A DNA stretch of 64,000 bases from Candidatus Bathyarchaeota archaeon (GTDB lineage: Archaea; Thermoproteota; Bathyarchaeia; Bathyarchaeales; Bathycorpusculaceae), in NCBI GenBank assembly GCA_963832745.1, contig CAWHVC010000001.1, positions 719,555 to 783,554 of the forward strand, read 5' to 3'. The notes beneath the pieces are model-generated. The model ran no database searches. It was not told where the DNA came from and was given only the letters and a program-made list of their open reading frames with translations. The translations under genes were made by a program, and so were the position numbers. Each line of letters begins with the position of its first letter. Position 1 is the stretch's first letter. Below are positions 60,352 to 64,000 of the stretch, in pieces.

Positions 60352-62901
60352 TTATGGCCGCTTTCGAAGTATCAATAATGTCGCTATTGCCAGTGCAATG
60401 ATGATAGCTATGCCTATTCCCACTGAGATTGTTAACATCGAATTGTTGATTGAATCAAAGCTTACGGCTGTTGGTGTTGATGTTGTTTCATTGACTTCTG
60501 TCACTGTTGCAAATGTTTCAGCCCAACTGCTGCCATATGAATCGTCGCCCATGAAAGTTGTAGTAATTTTGTAGTCGCCTGAAGTGGTTGGCGTCCAAGT
60601 GTAACTGTATTTGCCACTCATGTCGGTTGTAACGTCAGCAATGTGTACATAGTTTCCATTTGGATCAACAGCATCGATAGAAACTGGAACACCGATGACA
60701 TCAGCTGGAATCGATTTTTGCATATGCAAGTATTCCATCCAGCTAGCCATTGATTCAGCTGATACGCATGCTGTGCCTTCTTGAGCTGGAGACATGTCTA
60801 AGACTGCGCCTGAAATTATTGCGCTAGTTCCCGATGTTATAGCTGTTTGAGGTGCCGTGACAGTAGTTTCGCTTTCACCTTTTCCGAAGACATACATGTA
60901 ACCGTCGTATCTGCTATCAAATGTTAAGTATCCGTCAGAGATTGCACCTGTTACACCGCCACCGCTTATGCTCCAAATTTCGTTACCGGTAGTTACGTTG
61001 AGACAGAATAAGGTCCATCCTCTAGTTAGTGGTTGAGTTGGTGAGTGTTCGCCGTTCGCTAAGTAGATTTTTCCGTCGGCAATCATTGCGTTAGTGAAGA
61101 ATGACCACGTTCCATAGGGTGTTTCGTATGTTGAGTCGCCTGATTGAAGGAAGTGCCAAGCTATGCTGCCGTCAGCCCAGTTTATTGCGTAGATGCCGTG
61201 GTATGATTGGTCAAAGAGCATTCCGTAACCGGATGATATTGTGTATGCGCCAAAGTCTCCCCATGGATAGTCTAAGGTTTCGCTCTTCCATGCCAGTTGA
61301 CCTGTTTGTAGGTCCCAGCAATCCCACCATCCGCCTAGAACGCGTATTGCGTATTTTCCGTGGTCTGCAACTGCTGTGGATGTACTGAAGAAGACATCGT
61401 CTGTGGTTACGTTCCATAATAGTTGACCTGTTGTTAGACTTGCTGCCATAACGTATTGACCAGTCGGGTGACCTGTTCCGTTTAGTGTTATTGAACCTAC
61501 GTTCACTGCTATCATTGATTCAAAGTCGCATGTGCCTAAACTTGAAAATGCATAGGTTATGTTGCTTTGTACTCTGGTTGAGAAGTCTGTGCTGCCGCCT
61601 GATGTTGTCCAGTTAATTAATCTGTAGGATGAACCGACTCTTTGTAAGCTTAGAACGAATGGTTCAGCATAGTATGTACTTGAAGTGAATGTAGGTAATG
61701 AAATGTTTGCTGTTACTGCGCCGTTCCATGGATTGTATTTTATGAGCCTGTTTGTGCCAACGTACATTAATGAGTAGGTGTTGGTACCTTGACCTGTTTG
61801 TTCTGCTCCAGGCACTGAAGAAGTTACGTCATTATAGGTTACAACTGTTGGAACTTGTGTTATACCTGTTTTTTCCCAGTAGATTTCGCCTGTTCGTAAA
61901 TCATAGCATTGCCAAACGCTTTGGGTTACGCCATCATAAACTTCGGTAATGCTTTGGTAGCATCTGCCCTGGAATATTATGTTGGGTGTACCTGCATATG
62001 TGCCTTCACCTGGACCAACTGAGGTGTAGCCGTATTGGCCTCCGACGATGCCGGCTAATGCGCCTTGTCTTGCCCAAACTACGTGTGCTGTTTCTGGTGC
62101 TTCCACGTATGGCGTGTATTTGTAGTTGCTAGCATAAGTGTTCGTGTCTGCTGGCCAGTAGTCACCGCCGCCTATTCCAGTGAATGGGTATTGTCCTCCG
62201 ATGACCCACCATTCTCTGTTTTCTATGCTTATTGGGCGAGTCCAATAGTCAGTTGGCAATGCGGCTGCGGGCCAAGAAGAGACTTGCTCTGCTTGTACTG
62301 TTATTGTTGTTACTGGCGATTCTGATGGTTTATAGTATGCCGAGTCAAGGTATGTTACGCCTGAGAACGACGAGAAAGCTGCATTAGGCTCTATTTCTAA
62401 TACGTCATCAAGGCTGTCGTAGACTTTGCCGTTATACCAATATCCTGCGGGGTAATAGTTGCCTGCTGCTTCAAACTGGAATGTATAATTGCCTTCTTGA
62501 TTTACGACGTAATTAAACCAGGCTGTAGCGTCACCTTGATATGAGTTGAGTGGGCCTGCAACTTCAATTGTTCCGTCTGGTTTTGTGATAGTTACGGTGA
62601 ATCCAGAGTGATATCGACTGTAATGGGTTGCAGGTTCAAGCCAAAGGTTCACAAGAACTGTTTGACCTACACCTACGGGGTCAGGAGTTACGCTCATGAA
62701 TGCTGATGTTTCAACTGTAACGCTTGGTGTTATTCCGTCTGGAACTGAGGTATCCCATTCAGGTAATTCAGGGGCACCGCCAGTTATTGTTGCTGATGTT
62801 GATGCTTGCACCGTTTGAGGAGAGATGACAACTGTAATAATAGAGAGCAAAAGTATCACTGAAAGCACTATATTTGCAATATTTTTCTCAATTTTTTTCA
62901 T
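60352..62901 (-). CDS. Large secreted, C-terminally anchored PQQ-like beta-propeller surface protein
   Basis: Signal peptide, repeated DLRTGEIYW / SLTTGQLLW / DLQTGQLAW / NVTTGNEIW motifs, IADGKIY, C-terminal TM + RKRP. Confidence 0.85.
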   Translation of the reverse strand: MKKIEKNIANIVLSVILLLSIITVVISPQTVQASTSATITGGAPELPEWDTSVPDGITPSVTVETSAFMSVTPDPVGVGQTVLVNLWLEPATHYSRYHSGFTVTITKPDGTIEVAGPLNSYQGDATAWFNYVVNQEGNYTFQFEAAGNYYPAGYWYNGKVYDSLDDVLEIEPNAAFSSFSGVTYLDSAYYKPSESPVTTITVQAEQVSSWPAAALPTDYWTRPISIENREWWVIGGQYPFTGIGGGDYWPADTNTYASNYKYTPYVEAPETAHVVWARQGALAGIVGGQYGYTSVGPGEGTYAGTPNIIFQGRCYQSITEVYDGVTQSVWQCYDLRTGEIYWEKTGITQVPTVVTYNDVTSSVPGAEQTGQGTNTYSLMYVGTNRLIKYNPWNGAVTANISLPTFTSSTYYAEPFVLSLQRVGSSYRLINWTTSGGSTDFSTRVQSNITYAFSSLGTCDFESMIAVNVGSITLNGTGHPTGQYVMAASLTTGQLLWNVTTDDVFFSTSTAVADHGKYAIRVLGGWWDCWDLQTGQLAWKSETLDYPWGDFGAYTISSGYGMLFDQSYHGIYAINWADGSIAWHFLQSGDSTYETPYGTWSFFTNAMIADGKIYLANGEHSPTQPLTRGWTLFCLNVTTGNEIWSISGGGVTGAISDGYLTFDSRYDGYMYVFGKGESETTVTAPQTAITSGTSAIISGAVLDMSPAQEGTACVSAESMASWMEYLHMQKSIPADVIGVPVSIDAVDPNGNYVHIADVTTDMSGKYSYTWTPTTSGDYKITTTFMGDDSYGSSWAETFATVTEVNETTSTPTAVSFDSINNSMLTISVGIGIAIIIALAIATLLILRKRP

Positions 62902-63057
62902 TTTGTATTCTCCTATTCATGATGGAAACCAAAATATGCAAGTCAATATTTAACGACTATTAAGTGTAATTTGCACAAAATGCGCTATGAATCAAAGCAA
63001 TTAATTTTAATAATGCACCATTCTTTTGAATATAATTAGTAAGGGGAACATACAAGC

Positions 63058-63876
63058 GTGGTCCAAGAGAGAGAGGAGATACTAAAACTTTTAGGATTAA
63101 GTCCCACACAAGCACATGTTTACTTGACACTCATAAAAACAGGAAGAACTAGTGCAAGAACATTGGCTGAACTTACAGGTGTAGCGTGCCCAGATATTTA
63201 TCGCATAATGGATGTTTTCGAAAAAAAAGGGCTAATTATAGAAATAATTGAATTACCAAAAAAATTTGAAGCAACCAAAATTGAACAAGCACTCCCTATT
63301 CTGATGAACAATAAAATTCAAGAAGCAAAAAAACTGGGTAAAGATATCAGACTTTTCATTAAGGAAATGAAGCAAATTCAGAAATGTGACAAAGTTTCTG
63401 GAAAAGATTCTGACTTGATTTTGTTACCAGCAACAAAAATAATTGTGCATAAAAGAAAAGAAAAAATTCTAAATGCTCAACAGAGCATAGACACGATTAT
63501 TTCCTGGAAATGCCATAAAGCATATCTGAATCAGAATTATAAAGCAGTAACCAAAAAAGCACTAGATAAAGGCGTAAAATACCGACTAATTATTGAAAAC
63601 CCTAAAAAGACAAATTTATTGCTAAAATCAGAAGTATTAAGCGTTTTAGTTAAAAGTGGAGCAAGAATAAAATACACTTCAAGCAATCCACCTGCATTAG
63701 TAACTATTTATGATAACAAAGAAGCGATAGTATACACAACTAACAAAGCAGGATTATACGACACGCCGCTAATGTGCACAAACAATAGTTCAATTGTTTC
63801 GATAGTAACTTGCTATTTTGAATACCTATGGATGACAACAGAAATGCAGCAAAGCAATACTAATGCTGTACAGTAA
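63058..63876 (+). CDS. TrmB family transcriptional regulator
   Basis: LGLSPTQAHVYLTL...DIYRIM..FEKKGLI; C-terminal IYDNKEA...YFEYLW. Confidence 0.88.
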   Translation: MVQEREEILKLLGLSPTQAHVYLTLIKTGRTSARTLAELTGVACPDIYRIMDVFEKKGLIIEIIELPKKFEATKIEQALPILMNNKIQEAKKLGKDIRLFIKEMKQIQKCDKVSGKDSDLILLPATKIIVHKRKEKILNAQQSIDTIISWKCHKAYLNQNYKAVTKKALDKGVKYRLIIENPKKTNLLLKSEVLSVLVKSGARIKYTSSNPPALVTIYDNKEAIVYTTNKAGLYDTPLMCTNNSSIVSIVTCYFEYLWMTTEMQQSNTNAVQ

Positions 63877-63977
63877 AATTTTGGTTGTTGATGCTTCAAC
63901 CATTACAAGTTAACTAAGTAAGGGTAAGAGCTTTCTTGAGAATATTAACGTGGAAAATAGACAAATAAATTGTTGAA

Positions 63978-64000
63978 TGGTGAGGCCGCTGGGATTTGAA
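63978..64000 (-). tRNA. 3' end of a tRNA (isotype not visible; Pro or Trp plausible), truncated by window edge
   Basis: Minus strand reads TTCAAATCCCAGCGGCCTCACCA: T-loop, T-stem, acceptor strand and encoded CCA. Confidence 0.85.

Noticed and set aside
48529-62980. TTTGCACAAAA present upstream of atpK and of trmB
   Set aside because: Short AT-rich match with no consistent position relative to promoters; likely chance

Overview
Archaeal chromosomal segment, most consistent with Ca. Bathyarchaeia (rpl35ae, short archaeal PurA, SufCB-only Fe-S system, FwdB with a long insertion, A/V-type ATPase, large PQQ-like beta-propeller surface protein, TrmB/Tfx/PadR regulators). Core content: hcp, maleate isomerase-like protein, HtrA, purA, SmsCB, a ppk1-CHAD-ppx polyphosphate operon, fwdDB with a Tfx/FmdE/type-II ABC/CooC metal-cofactor locus, a complete A1Ao ATP synthase set with atpI inverted and a Usp gene inserted, arsC, and the 3' end of a tRNA at the right edge. 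Most unusual: (1) an orphan two-gene contractile-injection-system module (tail tube + DUF4255/Pvc16-like cap, no sheath or baseplate); (2) a TetR-controlled operon with two perfect operators, built around a reductase-adenylation fusion (ElbD-like domain order, no carrier domain), a pyruvyltransferase-like protein and a GMC oxidoreductase; (3) a Grs/Gms-like lipid radical SAM next to a flippase-like protein; (4) four genes that appear to start at AUA/AUC/AUU codons behind SD motifs; (5) a duplicated candidate Tfx operator. Several genes carry single-base frameshifts (assembly error or decay) and several intergenic gaps hold pseudogene remnants. No CRISPR array, rRNA or recognisable IS/integrase was seen. 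All family assignments are from motif recognition, not database searches.
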